64,000 bases of DNA from a virus (IMGVR_UViG_3300032167_002310), one strand, 5' to 3'. Positions 34,544-45,545 are shown, counted from the first letter of the stretch. A program made the numbers and translations. Notes: generated by a model from the letters alone, not told the origin.

Positions 34544-34866
34544 AAGTATCTCCCCTCCAACTCAATAACTTGTGCTTTATGTATTTCCCTTGGGACTCCG
34601 TCCCAAGGAGATTCTTCTGCGCTCGGCGCCCTCTTGTGGCAAATAACCAATTGCATTTTTGCATTTAAATGCTCATAGTGATTTTCACAATAAAATAATT
34701 CACTATGTTCTGTTTGATTAAAATGTTCAACAAGGGTTAAAGAACCAATCCACTTGTCATCGTAAAACTCTTGACCTTTATTTTTACTTACCGCAATACA
34801 ACAATATATAATTCCAACCAAGAGTGAAAGAAGGAAGAATGCGAGGATATAAAGTAATACTTTCAT
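34519..34866 (-). CDS. membrane-anchored hypothetical protein
   Basis: N-terminal TM helix; behind leftward promoter 34899-34927. Confidence 0.65.
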   Translation of the reverse strand: MKVLLYILAFFLLSLLVGIIYCCIAVSKNKGQEFYDDKWIGSLTLVEHFNQTEHSELFYCENHYEHLNAKMQLVICHKRAPSAEESPWDGVPREIHKAQVIELEGRYFWRELGLQ

Positions 34867-34898
34867 ATCTCCAATATCCTTTCCTCATATTTACTAAT

Positions 34899-34976
34899 AT
34901 TATACCAAAAAATTTTTAATTTGTCAACATTCGGTTTCCAGTGCGGGTTGACTTTTCGAAAATTTTCTGGTATAAT
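34899..34976. promoter_or_regulatory. divergent sigmaA promoters (left operon / packaging operon)
   Basis: Minus: TTGACA 34927-34922, N17, TATAAT; plus: TTGACT 34948, N17, TATAAT 34971. Confidence 0.8.
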
Positions 34977-35001
34977 TATAGTATAAGACTGGAGGTTAAA
35001 G

Positions 35002-36054
35002 ATGATTAAATTAGATTACAGTTTAACAACTCCAGAAGAGCGAAAGGCATTGGTTGAGAAGATTCTCGCAGAGAATCCAGACCCAGGTGATAAATACCTG
35101 GAAATTCTCGCTGATTACCTAATCCTCTGCATGGAGAAACAAGAGAAAAAGGAGCGCAAGATTTTAACTGAAAACCGTATGGCTACAGTTACAAAGCGCG
35201 AAACGTCTTTTGAAGGTCTTGTTTCCCAATTTGAAAATGGCGAAGATGGTATTTATGGATTAATAACAGAAGACAAGAATCAAATTTTTAGACCTAAAGT
35301 TTCAATCACAAAGAAAGATTTAGAAGAAATCCCAGAGTTACAGCAAATTAGAGAGGCCATTCAGGTTTGGGAAAATATCTTGAAGAAAGCGACAGGTCGA
35401 GACGCTTTCATTGCCAAAAAGGCTATTATTGAATTGCGTAAGGACCAGTACTTGGTTAAAGATGCTTTCCGCAAACCAATTGTTTTAAATAAAGTAATGC
35501 ATGGCAGAAATCCAATTCAATTGGATGGCGAAATTACTTTAGATGAAAATGGGTATTGCGTTTCTAAAGGAGTTACTTTGGTGGACCCAAAAGTATGCGA
35601 AGCCATCCTATGTAACTATTCAAGATTAAAACAAGACAGTTGGGGAGTCTTTGATTCGAACACTTGGTATTTAATGGAGGACTTTGACAATATTGCTACA
35701 AAAGCATTAGCAGATTATCCACTTTATGAGCGAATTGTTGAATGTAAAATTGATGGACTCCAAAATGTTCAGATTCAAGAGATTCTGAAAGATGAATTTG
35801 GTATTACTCATTCTCTTGAGTATATTAGTAGCCTCTGGCGCAAGAAGATTCCAAGTTTGATAGCTTCTGCGGCCGAGGATGAATATTTAGATTGGTATTT
35901 CCTCAATGAGGAAAAAGGTAAGTACAAGAGATGCTCTCGATGCGGGCAAATTAAACTTGCTCATAATAAATACTTCTCTAAGAATAAGACCAGCAAAGAT
36001 GGTTTTTACTCTATTTGCAAATGTTGCAGAAATTCAAAGGGCAAAAAGTCATAA
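35002..36054 (+). CDS. putative DNA-binding protein with C-terminal CxxC-CxxC zinc finger
   Basis: 350 aa; HTH-like IQEILKDEFGITHSLEYISSLW; CSRCG...CKCC. Confidence 0.6.
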   Translation: MIKLDYSLTTPEERKALVEKILAENPDPGDKYLEILADYLILCMEKQEKKERKILTENRMATVTKRETSFEGLVSQFENGEDGIYGLITEDKNQIFRPKVSITKKDLEEIPELQQIREAIQVWENILKKATGRDAFIAKKAIIELRKDQYLVKDAFRKPIVLNKVMHGRNPIQLDGEITLDENGYCVSKGVTLVDPKVCEAILCNYSRLKQDSWGVFDSNTWYLMEDFDNIATKALADYPLYERIVECKIDGLQNVQIQEILKDEFGITHSLEYISSLWRKKIPSLIASAAEDEYLDWYFLNEEKGKYKRCSRCGQIKLAHNKYFSKNKTSKDGFYSICKCCRNSKGKKS

Positions 36055-36100
36055 TTGCGGCCAGGTATTTTTATAATAAATTAGAGAGGAGGTAACGAGC

Positions 36101-37330
36101 ATGGCAGATAACCGTACGTTCTACTGCGAAAAATGTAATAGAACGATGAGTGCAGAACAATTTTATGGTTCAAATAATTTAGAAAAATATCCAGAAGGAA
36201 AATTGAAACAATGCAAGAAATGTATTTCAATGCATGTTGACAATTTTAACCCTGATACATATTTATGGATTCTGCAGGAATGCGATGTACCTTATGTTCA
36301 AGATGAATGGAATAAGCTACTTGCGTCCTACGGAAAAGACAAATCTAAATTAACTGGCATGACAATTCTTGGTAGATACTTATCTAAGATGAAGTTAAAA
36401 CAGTGGCGAGATTATCGTTGGGAACACACTGATTATCTACAAGAAGTCGCTAACAAAAAAATTGAAGAAACTATGAAGCGTCAAGGCTATGACGCAATAC
36501 AAATTAATGAAGCTGTTACGAAGGCGACTTTTACAATCCCGGATGAGATTTTAAAAGAACCTGAGTACACTCCTTATACTGGACCGACTGGTTATTTTGA
36601 AGAAGATGATTACTTCGCACAGCAGTCCGGAGAGGATACTTCTTTTGATGATGATTTAACAGAAGAAGATAGAACATACTTGCGATTAAAGTGGGGCAAA
36701 ACCTATAAACCAGAAGAATGGATTAAGTTGGAACAGTTGTATGAAGAAATGATGAGTTCTTACGATATTCAAACTGCGGGACATATTGATACATTGAAAT
36801 TAGTTTGTAAAACATCTTTGAAAGCTAATCAGCTCTTGGATATTGGTGATGTTGATGGTGCTCAGAAGATGATTAAAATGTATGACGGACTTATGAAGTC
36901 TGGTAAGTTTACTGCGGCTCAGAATAAAGCAGAATCTGGTGAGTATGTAGACTCCATTTCCGAACTTGTGGCAATTTGCGAAAAGGATGGGTTCATCCCT
37001 CGTTATTATACAGACGGGCCACAGGATAAGGTTGATAGAACATTACAAGATTTACAAAGTTACACTTATAATCTGGTAACTGAGGAAATGAACCTTGGTA
37101 ACTTGATTGAAAGTGCTATTAAACAGATTGAAGAAGAAAAACAAAGAGAGGCCGATGGCGCATCTGAGGCAGCTGATGAGGAAGAACTCATGGAAGCCGC
37201 ACTATTTGAGGATGGTGCTACTAAGGTTCTCACAGATAGTGATTTCGAAGAATTTAGAGAATTTGAAGAGGATGTCGAAGAATACGACACCGCTTACATT
37301 GAAAAACTCTTGAATGGAGAGGAAGACTAA
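36101..37330 (+). CDS. putative terminase small subunit / terminase-associated protein
   Basis: Directly upstream of and coupled (TAATG) to the large terminase; N-terminal zinc finger; positional inference. Confidence 0.55.
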   Translation: MADNRTFYCEKCNRTMSAEQFYGSNNLEKYPEGKLKQCKKCISMHVDNFNPDTYLWILQECDVPYVQDEWNKLLASYGKDKSKLTGMTILGRYLSKMKLKQWRDYRWEHTDYLQEVANKKIEETMKRQGYDAIQINEAVTKATFTIPDEILKEPEYTPYTGPTGYFEEDDYFAQQSGEDTSFDDDLTEEDRTYLRLKWGKTYKPEEWIKLEQLYEEMMSSYDIQTAGHIDTLKLVCKTSLKANQLLDIGDVDGAQKMIKMYDGLMKSGKFTAAQNKAESGEYVDSISELVAICEKDGFIPRYYTDGPQDKVDRTLQDLQSYTYNLVTEEMNLGNLIESAIKQIEEEKQREADGASEAADEEELMEAALFEDGATKVLTDSDFEEFREFEEDVEEYDTAYIEKLLNGEED

Positions 37331-39069
37331 TGGCTCTTCAAGACCTATTAGACCTCTCTACCAAGAGAAAGAAAATTGGACTATCTGAAGAGCGTATCGA
37401 AGCTATTAAGCCTGCGGTGCGCCAATATATTGCCTATTGGCGCGAATATCCAGACATGTTCATTGATTTTCTCCAAGATGGCGGAGACCCTACAAAGGAA
37501 AGGAAATTAAAGTTTTTCTTCTATCAACGAGTATTTTTGCGTGCGGCTATGCGTTACAAATATGTATACATGGTGTTCCCTCGTGCGTATTCAAAATCAT
37601 TCTTATCTGTTATGGTACTGATGTGCCGTTGTATCTTATATCCACGTAGTAAATTATTCGTTACTTCTGGTGGTAAAGAGCAGGCTGCAGGTATCGTAAA
37701 AGAAAAAGTTACAGAAATTTGCACGCTGGTTCCGGCCTTTGACCGAGAACTTGACCGCCGACCGGGTAAGACGCGTGAAGGTAAGGACTATGTTTGTTAT
37801 GTATTCAAAAATGGCTCTTATTTCGATAATATTGCGGCGTCCGAGAAGTCGAGAGGTAAGCGTCGACATGGCGGTCTCGTAGAGGAGTGCGTTGGTGTTG
37901 ACGGCGATATTCTTTCTCAGGTTATTATTCCTACCATGAACGTTTCTCGTTTGTGTATGGATGGCACAACTCAACCTGATGAGACTTTGAATAAGTCGCA
38001 GATTTATGTAACTACTGCCGGATTTAAAAACACATTTGCATATGATAAATTGATACAGCTCTTGGTTTGGATGATTACTGAGCCTCACAAGGCAATGGTA
38101 ATGGGCGGAACTTGGAGAATTCCTGTTTTAATGAAGTTGCTGGATAAAAACTTCCTGCAAGACCTGAAAAAGGACGGAACCTTCAATGAAGCTTCTTTCG
38201 ACCGTGAGTATGAATCAAAATGGACTGGTACTGTAGCTGACGCTTTCTTCAATGGAGAAATCTTTGATAGAAACCGCAACTTACAGAAACCTGAATTGGA
38301 ACATTCTGGACGCTCAAGTGCGCAGGCTTTCTATGTATTGTCTGTTGACGTTGGTCGTAAGGGATGTGATTCTGTAGTATGTGTATTTAAAGTAACCCCA
38401 CAATCAATGGGTGCGGCATACAAATCATTGGTAAATATTTATACATTCTCTGATGAACACTTTGAAGACCAAGCGATTCGTATCAAGAAACTGTTCTACA
38501 AGTATAAAGCTCGTAGAGTCGTAATCGACGCCAATGGTCTTGGTATTGGTTTGGTCGACTATATGATTAAATCTCAGATTGACCCAAATACAGGAGATAC
38601 GTATCCTGACTTTGGTGTTTATAATGATGATGAGTTATACTATAAAAAGTATAAGACCAACATTACCGAACAAGATGCTATGTATTTGATTAAAGCAAAT
38701 GCGCCAATCAATACAGAAGCACATGCAAATGCGCAAGCTCAGTTATCTTCTGGTAAAGTTAAACTTCTTATTGACGAGCGTGTTGCTAAGACTAAGTTGC
38801 TTGGCACCAAGGTTGGTCAGAATATGAAACCTGAGGAAAGGGCAGAATATTTAAAACCATTTACCCTAACTTCCATATTAAAAGAGGAAATGATGAACTT
38901 ACGAGAAGAAAATGAAGGCGTAAACATTATTTTGAAACAAGCGAACAAAGGTATCCGCAAGGATAAATTCTCCGCTTTTGAATATGGATTATACTATATT
39001 AAACAAGTAGAAGAAAATAAGAAACGTAAAAAGAAATTCAATGCTAAAGACTGGTGCTTTATGAATTAA
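37330..39069 (+). CDS. terminase large subunit
   Basis: ATPase motifs PRAYSKS, RG.RRHGGLVEE, VTTAG; RNaseH-like SVDVGR and KDKFSA. Confidence 0.92.
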   Translation: MALQDLLDLSTKRKKIGLSEERIEAIKPAVRQYIAYWREYPDMFIDFLQDGGDPTKERKLKFFFYQRVFLRAAMRYKYVYMVFPRAYSKSFLSVMVLMCRCILYPRSKLFVTSGGKEQAAGIVKEKVTEICTLVPAFDRELDRRPGKTREGKDYVCYVFKNGSYFDNIAASEKSRGKRRHGGLVEECVGVDGDILSQVIIPTMNVSRLCMDGTTQPDETLNKSQIYVTTAGFKNTFAYDKLIQLLVWMITEPHKAMVMGGTWRIPVLMKLLDKNFLQDLKKDGTFNEASFDREYESKWTGTVADAFFNGEIFDRNRNLQKPELEHSGRSSAQAFYVLSVDVGRKGCDSVVCVFKVTPQSMGAAYKSLVNIYTFSDEHFEDQAIRIKKLFYKYKARRVVIDANGLGIGLVDYMIKSQIDPNTGDTYPDFGVYNDDELYYKKYKTNITEQDAMYLIKANAPINTEAHANAQAQLSSGKVKLLIDERVAKTKLLGTKVGQNMKPEERAEYLKPFTLTSILKEEMMNLREENEGVNIILKQANKGIRKDKFSAFEYGLYYIKQVEENKKRKKKFNAKDWCFMN

Positions 39070-39084
39070 GAAAGGAGGGAGCCT

Positions 39085-39441
39085 ATGCGAGCTTCAAGAG
39101 GAGAAATCAAGATTGAAGAAGTTTTGACAGAAGCTGGATTACCATTTAGAATGGAATATAGCTTTCAAGACTTGAGAAGTCCCAATGGCAGACCTCTGCG
39201 TTTTGATTTCGTTGTTTTTGATGATGATGGCAAAATTGATTTTATTATTGAGTATCAAGGTAGACAACATTATGAACCAAGTCAAAAGTTTGGTGGTAAA
39301 AGAGGTTTCTACCAACAGCAGTATAATGATAATAACAAGAGAAGATTTTGCGCCTTGCATGACTTTAAGTTAATAGAAATTCCATATACTGATGAAAATC
39401 TGATTTCTTATGATTATATCATGGAGAAAGCGGGTTATTAA
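39085..39441 (+). CDS. DUF559/Vsr-like PD-(D/E)xK endonuclease
   Basis: GEIKIEEVL...LRFDFVV...IEYQGRQHY. Confidence 0.8.
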   Translation: MRASRGEIKIEEVLTEAGLPFRMEYSFQDLRSPNGRPLRFDFVVFDDDGKIDFIIEYQGRQHYEPSQKFGGKRGFYQQQYNDNNKRRFCALHDFKLIEIPYTDENLISYDYIMEKAGY

Positions 39442-39453
39442 GGAGGTAAGGTT

Positions 39454-41124
39454 TTGGAAGAGATTAGAGAAAATCCTCTCTACGAGCCAAGTAGACAGGA
39501 CGCTATTCACTCCAAAGGCTTTGATATGGGAGGAACTACTCGTTACGGTAAGATGAAGGTCGGAGTAAAATCGCTCGATGATGCCGTATTGAATCTGGGC
39601 AGTTTGAAACATGCAACCCGCTTCAGAATTGATAAGGCTGCGATTTATCGTGCCTTGTACGATAATGACACCGAGCAATTAAGAGAAATCTCAAATTACT
39701 TTTATAAAACAAGTGGTATCTATAAACGCGTTTGTGAATATTTCGCAAATATGTACAGATGGGACTGGTATATTGTTCCAGAGATTTTTGATGATGCTGT
39801 CAAGGAAGATAAGATTATTAAGGATTTCCAAAAGATGCTTGACTTCCTTGACTCCACTCACATCAAGTTGATGTGTGACAATATTGCACTTAGTGTAATC
39901 AAAAATGGTTGCTATTATGGTTATATTGTCCCAAGTGGAAATGGTATCATTCTCCAGGAACTTCCTATTAAGTACTGTCGAGTAAGATACTTTATTGGTA
40001 ATAAGCCGGCAATTGAATTCAATATGAAATTTTTCGATAATGAATTCCCCGACACTGTTTACCGTATGAAAGTTCTAAAAATGTTCCCAGAAGAGTTTGC
40101 TAAGGGTTATATGGCTTACAAACAGGGAAGATTAAAGCCTGATTATAGTGAAACAAGAACCATTGACAGTAGATTGCGCACCGATCTTCTCGGCGACACT
40201 GGCTGGTATCTTCTTGACCCAGACAGCACTGTCAAATTTAGTTTTGGAAATGGTGGAAGTGGTAACGGAAATGATATTCCTTTGTTTATCAATGCTATTC
40301 CAGCCATCCTTGACTTAGACGCGGCGCAGGATTTAGACCGCCGCAAGCAGATGCAAAAGTTGTTGAAAATTATTGTTCAGAAACTTCCTATGGATAAAAA
40401 TGGCGATTTGATTTTCGACGTGGATGAAGCAAGAGATATCCATAATAATGCAGTACAAATGTTACGTAATGCTATTGGTGTTGACGTTTTGACAACATTT
40501 GCGGACATCGACTCCGTGGATACTTCAGACAAGACTACAAGCACTTCTACCGATGAACTTGAGCGTGTAGAGCGTGCGGTATATAACTCTTTCGGTGTTT
40601 CAAATAACTTATTTAATACTGATGGTAACTTAAGTCTTGAGAAATCAATTTTGTCAGACGAAGCAAGTATGAGAACATTACTTTTGCAATTCCATATATT
40701 TTTCAATGATGTTGTGCAACAGCTCAACACTCAAAGGAAGAAATATAAATTTAAATTCTATATGTTAGAAACTACTCAATACAACTATAAGGAACTTTCC
40801 AAGTTGTATAAAGAGCAAGTTCAAATGGGCTATTCTAAGATGTTGCCTCAGATTGCTCTTGGTCATACCCAGAGTGCGATTTTGGCTACTGCTAAGTTTG
40901 AGAATGAGATTTTGAAGTTGAGTGAAGTTATGATTCCTCCACTTATGTCTTCTACTATGAAAATGGAAGATTTAAAAGGCGGGGGCGAAAATAATAAATC
41001 AGTCTCAAACAATTCTCAAAAAGTATCAGAAGGGAATTCTTCAGAAAAGCAAGCCGGTCGACCAGAAAAGGCAGACGACCAGAAAAGTGAAAAAACCATT
41101 CAAAATAAAGAATCTATGAGTTAA
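39454..41124 (+). CDS. portal protein
   Basis: 556 aa after terminase; TTG start behind AGGAGGT; position and size. Confidence 0.8.
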   Translation: MEEIRENPLYEPSRQDAIHSKGFDMGGTTRYGKMKVGVKSLDDAVLNLGSLKHATRFRIDKAAIYRALYDNDTEQLREISNYFYKTSGIYKRVCEYFANMYRWDWYIVPEIFDDAVKEDKIIKDFQKMLDFLDSTHIKLMCDNIALSVIKNGCYYGYIVPSGNGIILQELPIKYCRVRYFIGNKPAIEFNMKFFDNEFPDTVYRMKVLKMFPEEFAKGYMAYKQGRLKPDYSETRTIDSRLRTDLLGDTGWYLLDPDSTVKFSFGNGGSGNGNDIPLFINAIPAILDLDAAQDLDRRKQMQKLLKIIVQKLPMDKNGDLIFDVDEARDIHNNAVQMLRNAIGVDVLTTFADIDSVDTSDKTTSTSTDELERVERAVYNSFGVSNNLFNTDGNLSLEKSILSDEASMRTLLLQFHIFFNDVVQQLNTQRKKYKFKFYMLETTQYNYKELSKLYKEQVQMGYSKMLPQIALGHTQSAILATAKFENEILKLSEVMIPPLMSSTMKMEDLKGGGENNKSVSNNSQKVSEGNSSEKQAGRPEKADDQKSEKTIQNKESMS

Positions 41125-41134
41125 GGAGGATACT

Positions 41135-42856
41135 ATGGCTCAACATACAAGTATTAAGTTGGAAACTCCTTGTGAGTTTATTAATGTCACTCCTCTTAAC
41201 CCACTGATTTCTAAATGTCAAATTAAGGTTTGCTATGTAAGTGACGAGCCTAATCGCAACAAAAGTATTATTACTAAAGATGTTGCGCGCGACATGGCTA
41301 ACTCACTTCCAGGCAGTCCGATTGTTGGTTATTTCAATGAGGCAAAAGGTGACTTTGAAGAGCACAATCGAGTTATTGATATTTCCAATGGAAAATTTAC
41401 TATTAAAGATAAAACACGACCATATGGCTTTGTCGATTTAGGTGCAAAGGTTTGGTTCCAGAAGTTTTTAGACGATGGACAGATTGAGCGTGAATATCTA
41501 ATGACCGAAGGCTATATTTGGACAGGTCAGTATCCTGAAGCGCAAAGAATCATTGACGAGGGTAATAACCAGTCAATGGAATTAGATGAAGATTTAATTG
41601 ATGCGTTTTGGACAAAAGATAGTAAAGGAAAGCCTCAGTTTTTCATTATAAATGAGGCAATTATTTCAAAACTTTGTGTTTTAGGTGAAGATTGCGAACC
41701 TTGTTTCGAGGGGGCCAATATCACTTCGCCACAAATCACATTCTCATTTGAGGATGGCTTCAAGGAGCAGCTCTTCTCAATGATGAATGAAATCAAGAAA
41801 GTTCTAAATGAAGGAGGAGCGCCTACAGTGTTTACAAGATATGCTGTTGAAATTGGCGATTCCTTATGGAGTGCTATCTATTCTTATTTAGAGCATACAT
41901 ATCCACGTGCTAATGACGAGGGTTATGTGTATGATTCTATTTATAGAATTGAAGGCATTTATGAGGAAGGTAGTCAAAAGTTCGCTATTCTTCAGAATCG
42001 TTCTAATAGCAAGTACTTTAGAATGAATTTCTCTTTGGATGACAATACAGGTTTTGCTGCTTCTGCCGAATTGGTTGAAGTAACTAAGACTTATGTTCCT
42101 GCGGCTCAGCCACAGTTCGCTCTTGAGGATGTTGAAGCTTTCGAGCTTGAATATGCTAAGAAGAAGAAAAAGGCTGAAGAGGATGAGGACGATGATGAGT
42201 CCAAGAAGCCTGGCGAGGAAGGTAAGGAAGACCCAGAAGACAAGAAGAAGTCAGGCGAAGAGGATGATGAAGATGATTCTGATGACGACGACGCCGATGA
42301 TGACGAAGATAAGAAGAAGAAAAAGAAGACTAAGTTTGCTAAGTCCGAGGATGATGACGAGGACGAAGAGAAGTGTCCTAAGTGCGGCAAGCCTATTTCC
42401 GAGTGTGAGTGCGAGGATGAAGAGGATGATGACGAAAACAAGGGCAAGAAAGGCAAATACAACTTGGATGAAATTGAAGAGTATGTAGAGCTTAGTCAGA
42501 AATATTCTGCTCTTGAAACCGACTATAACAACATGAAAGCTGAAATGGCTAAGTTGGTCGAGTTCAAGAAATCTATTGAAAAGAAAGATAAAGAAGCTAT
42601 GATTGCAAGTTTCTATATGCTTTCTGATGAAGAGAAGAAAGATGTTATTGACAACATTGATACTTATTCTCTTGATGAAATTGAAGCAAAGCTTTCAATT
42701 ATTTGTGTTCGCAACAAGGTCAATTTCAACCTTGATGAAGATAAAGATGATAAAAACAACAAGCCTACCACATATAGCTTAGATGGTGGTATGGGGGACG
42801 AAAACGTTCCTGCTTGGGTTAAGTCACTTCGCAATGTTGCGAAATCTATGAACTAA
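41135..42856 (+). CDS. prohead protease / scaffold fusion
   Basis: Position between portal and capsid genes; N-terminal protease-like domain (QSMEL), acidic low-complexity linker, coiled-coil C-terminus. Confidence 0.75.
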   Translation: MAQHTSIKLETPCEFINVTPLNPLISKCQIKVCYVSDEPNRNKSIITKDVARDMANSLPGSPIVGYFNEAKGDFEEHNRVIDISNGKFTIKDKTRPYGFVDLGAKVWFQKFLDDGQIEREYLMTEGYIWTGQYPEAQRIIDEGNNQSMELDEDLIDAFWTKDSKGKPQFFIINEAIISKLCVLGEDCEPCFEGANITSPQITFSFEDGFKEQLFSMMNEIKKVLNEGGAPTVFTRYAVEIGDSLWSAIYSYLEHTYPRANDEGYVYDSIYRIEGIYEEGSQKFAILQNRSNSKYFRMNFSLDDNTGFAASAELVEVTKTYVPAAQPQFALEDVEAFELEYAKKKKKAEEDEDDDESKKPGEEGKEDPEDKKKSGEEDDEDDSDDDDADDDEDKKKKKKTKFAKSEDDDEDEEKCPKCGKPISECECEDEEDDDENKGKKGKYNLDEIEEYVELSQKYSALETDYNNMKAEMAKLVEFKKSIEKKDKEAMIASFYMLSDEEKKDVIDNIDTYSLDEIEAKLSIICVRNKVNFNLDEDKDDKNNKPTTYSLDGGMGDENVPAWVKSLRNVAKSMN

Positions 42857-42886
42857 GTGAAAAAATTTTAAGGAGGAAATATAGAA

Positions 42887-43729
42887 ATGCTTAGAGAATT
42901 GCTTAAAAAGAGCATTAAGTCTCAGGCTTCCTACGTTGAAGTAGGCTATGGTCAGGTTGAGCCTAACCACTTGTCTGCACAGCGTACAGCTCAGATTTAC
43001 GCTCAGCTTCCTGCAGCTTCCGATATTGAAGTTCTCGAGCAGGGACAGTTTGTTAAGTATGACTATGCAAACGGCCTTGTTAACTTTACCGGTAAGGGCG
43101 AATGGATGCTCGTTTATAATGAGACAAAACTTTATCGTGAAGAGCAGTTAGATTGCGAGTTCGCACTCGTTAAGGAGCATTATGGTGCTCGTGTATACAG
43201 CCCACTTGATGGCGAGAAGGCTCAGGAGATGTACGGTCCTACTCGTTTCTTGCAGGGTGTAAGAGAAGTTTATGACCCAGTAACCAAGACTTTTAAAGAC
43301 CTTGGCGATGCTTTCCCTGTTTATGGTAAAGATGGTAAGCCAGTTCTTGATGCTGACGGTAATCAGGTAGTTGCTGACTTCTCTGTTGCTGCTAAGTATC
43401 ATGATTATTATGAGCTCTCTGATATTAACAACCCAGATATCGCTGAGGAAGATAGAAAGAGATTGTTTATGAAGCTTCGTGAATACGAAGAGAAAATGAT
43501 GCCTACTGGCACAACTATGGTTCCACGTGTCTTCAAGACTAACGTTGGTGACATTATGACTACTAACACAATCAACGCAACTGAATTGGCAGTTGGTGAC
43601 ATTCTTACTCCAGGTGCTAAGGGTATCCTTGAGCCAACTGAGGCTGAAACTGGTATGCTCTGGCAGGTAGTTAAGGTATATACTATGCCTGACCATCAGC
43701 GTGGCGTTAAGATTATGAGAATTCAGTAA
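42887..43729 (+). CDS. head decoration / capsid-associated protein
   Basis: Position between scaffold and MCP; highly expressed-type codon usage. Confidence 0.6.
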   Translation: MLRELLKKSIKSQASYVEVGYGQVEPNHLSAQRTAQIYAQLPAASDIEVLEQGQFVKYDYANGLVNFTGKGEWMLVYNETKLYREEQLDCEFALVKEHYGARVYSPLDGEKAQEMYGPTRFLQGVREVYDPVTKTFKDLGDAFPVYGKDGKPVLDADGNQVVADFSVAAKYHDYYELSDINNPDIAEEDRKRLFMKLREYEEKMMPTGTTMVPRVFKTNVGDIMTTNTINATELAVGDILTPGAKGILEPTEAETGMLWQVVKVYTMPDHQRGVKIMRIQ

Positions 43730-43748
43730 GAAAGGAGAGTATTGAGTA

Positions 43749-44858
43749 ATGGCTTTAGATAGAAATAACTTAGTACAGTTGATGAAAACTGTAGCAAAAG
43801 CTGACCCTTCCGCTCCTGTTTCTTACAGCTTTAATGGCGAGAATTTCAGCTATGATGCCCTGAACGAATGCCTTCGTCAGGAGCTTAATGAATATGCTGG
43901 TACATATTCACTTTATAGAGAGAACAAGAATTTAATCTTCTCTATTATCGAAGAGACTTTGGATGAAGTCCTTCCTAAGAAGGTTGAGCAGGCTTATATG
44001 CAGTTTGCTGAAACCAAGACCTTTGCACAGGGCGACAAGCCTATGTTCAAGCGCAAGAGAGATGCACGTCAGCGTGCTAAGCAGTTCGTAACTCGTGTTG
44101 GTCTTACTGGTATTTACGAAGTATTCAAGCTTGGTAAGTCCGAAGACGAGAGCTTCGAAGTTCGTACATCTGCTATCGGTGGAGCAGCTCAGATTGGATT
44201 TGAGGAGTTCCTTGATGGTCGTGTAGACTTCGCTGAAGTTACTGCTATTATCATGGAGGGTATGGACGAACTCGTATTCAAAGAGGTTGGTCATGCTCTT
44301 AAGGCTTCCGTTAACCAGTTGCCACCTGCAAATATTGTAGTTGCTAATGGTTTCGACGAGAAGGAATTCGATAGACTCCTTGTTATTGCTTCCGCTTATG
44401 GTGAGCCTTCTATTTACTGTACTTACGAGTTCGCAGTTAAGATGGTTCCTACTGAGGGTTGGAGATATACTGAGGCTATGAAGCAACAGTTGTGGGATAC
44501 TGGTCACCTTGCAACTTACAAGGGACGTAAGGTTATTATCCTTCCTCAGGGTCTTGAAGATGAGACCAATACTCGCAAGGTAATCGATCCTGGTTACTGC
44601 TACATCATCCCAGCTGGTGCTGATAGCAAGCCTGTTAAGATTGCATTCGAGGGCGGCACAATCGTTGATGAATATGTTAACGCTGATAGAAGCCGTGAGA
44701 TCCAGGTATACAAGAAGGTTGGCGTAACTGCTATGTTGGCTAACAACATCTGCGCTTATGCTGATACAAGCTTGATGGGTCAGATGAATATTAAGGGTTC
44801 TACTTGGGATAGCTCTTTCTTCGTAAATGAAGTTGCTGCTTATCACAAGGGTGAATAA
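43749..44858 (+). CDS. major capsid protein
   Basis: 369 aa; position; followed by a strong terminator. Confidence 0.85.
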   Translation: MALDRNNLVQLMKTVAKADPSAPVSYSFNGENFSYDALNECLRQELNEYAGTYSLYRENKNLIFSIIEETLDEVLPKKVEQAYMQFAETKTFAQGDKPMFKRKRDARQRAKQFVTRVGLTGIYEVFKLGKSEDESFEVRTSAIGGAAQIGFEEFLDGRVDFAEVTAIIMEGMDELVFKEVGHALKASVNQLPPANIVVANGFDEKEFDRLLVIASAYGEPSIYCTYEFAVKMVPTEGWRYTEAMKQQLWDTGHLATYKGRKVIILPQGLEDETNTRKVIDPGYCYIIPAGADSKPVKIAFEGGTIVDEYVNADRSREIQVYKKVGVTAMLANNICAYADTSLMGQMNIKGSTWDSSFFVNEVAAYHKGE

Positions 44859-44896
44859 TTCTTGGTTTAACCTAATATAATATAGAAATAGATTAG

Positions 44897-44933
44897 AGGG
44901 GGAAATGGGGAAATCCCCACTTCCCCCTTTTTT
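44897..44933 (+). terminator. intrinsic terminator after MCP
   Basis: GGGGGAA.TGGGG/CCCCAC.TTCCCCC stem plus T-tract. Confidence 0.8.
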
Positions 44934-44963
44934 CACTTTATGAGAAAAAGGAGATTAAATTTT

Positions 44964-45545
44964 ATGGAAAAGACTATTACTATTAAGAATAGAAGTGCCG
45001 GTCAGGTAACTTATATGATTCCTGAAGATGGCATTCGTCGTTCTTTTGCACCAGGTGAAGCAAAGAAAATTACTCAGGAAGAACTTGAGCATTTGACTTT
45101 CCAACCAGGTGGAAAAGAAATTCTTGCAGGTTTCTTGCAGATTATTGAAGAAGAAGGTAGACAGATTGCAGGCCTTCAAGTAGAGCCTGAATATAACATG
45201 AGCGAAGCTGATGTTGTTAGATTGATTCAGACAGGTTCTCTTGATGAATTTCTTGATTGTTTGGATTTTGCGCCAGTTGGTGTTATCGATTTAATTAAGA
45301 AGCTTTCTATTAGCGTTCCTCTTTATGATATGCAGAAGAGAGTAGCTTTGAAGAAAAAGACTGGCTTCGATGTTGATGCCGCTTTGAAAAACATTGCTGC
45401 TGAGAAAGAAGACGAAGATGGAACAATCTTAAAGCAGGCTGCTCCTGAGCGTCGTGTGAAGAAAGATGAGGTTCCAGCAGGTCGCAGAACTACTCCAAAG
45501 TACAATGTGGTAACACCTAAGGTTGAGGAGAAGTCTGCTGAGTAA
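44964..45545 (+). CDS. hypothetical virion-associated protein
   Basis: Start moved to MEKTITIK behind AAGGAG. Confidence 0.7.
   Translation: MEKTITIKNRSAGQVTYMIPEDGIRRSFAPGEAKKITQEELEHLTFQPGGKEILAGFLQIIEEEGRQIAGLQVEPEYNMSEADVVRLIQTGSLDEFLDCLDFAPVGVIDLIKKLSISVPLYDMQKRVALKKKTGFDVDAALKNIAAEKEDEDGTILKQAAPERRVKKDEVPAGRRTTPKYNVVTPKVEEKSAE

Noticed and set aside
42093-42488. Overlapping ORFs in the scaffold gene
   Set aside because: Artefacts of the D/E/K low-complexity linker.
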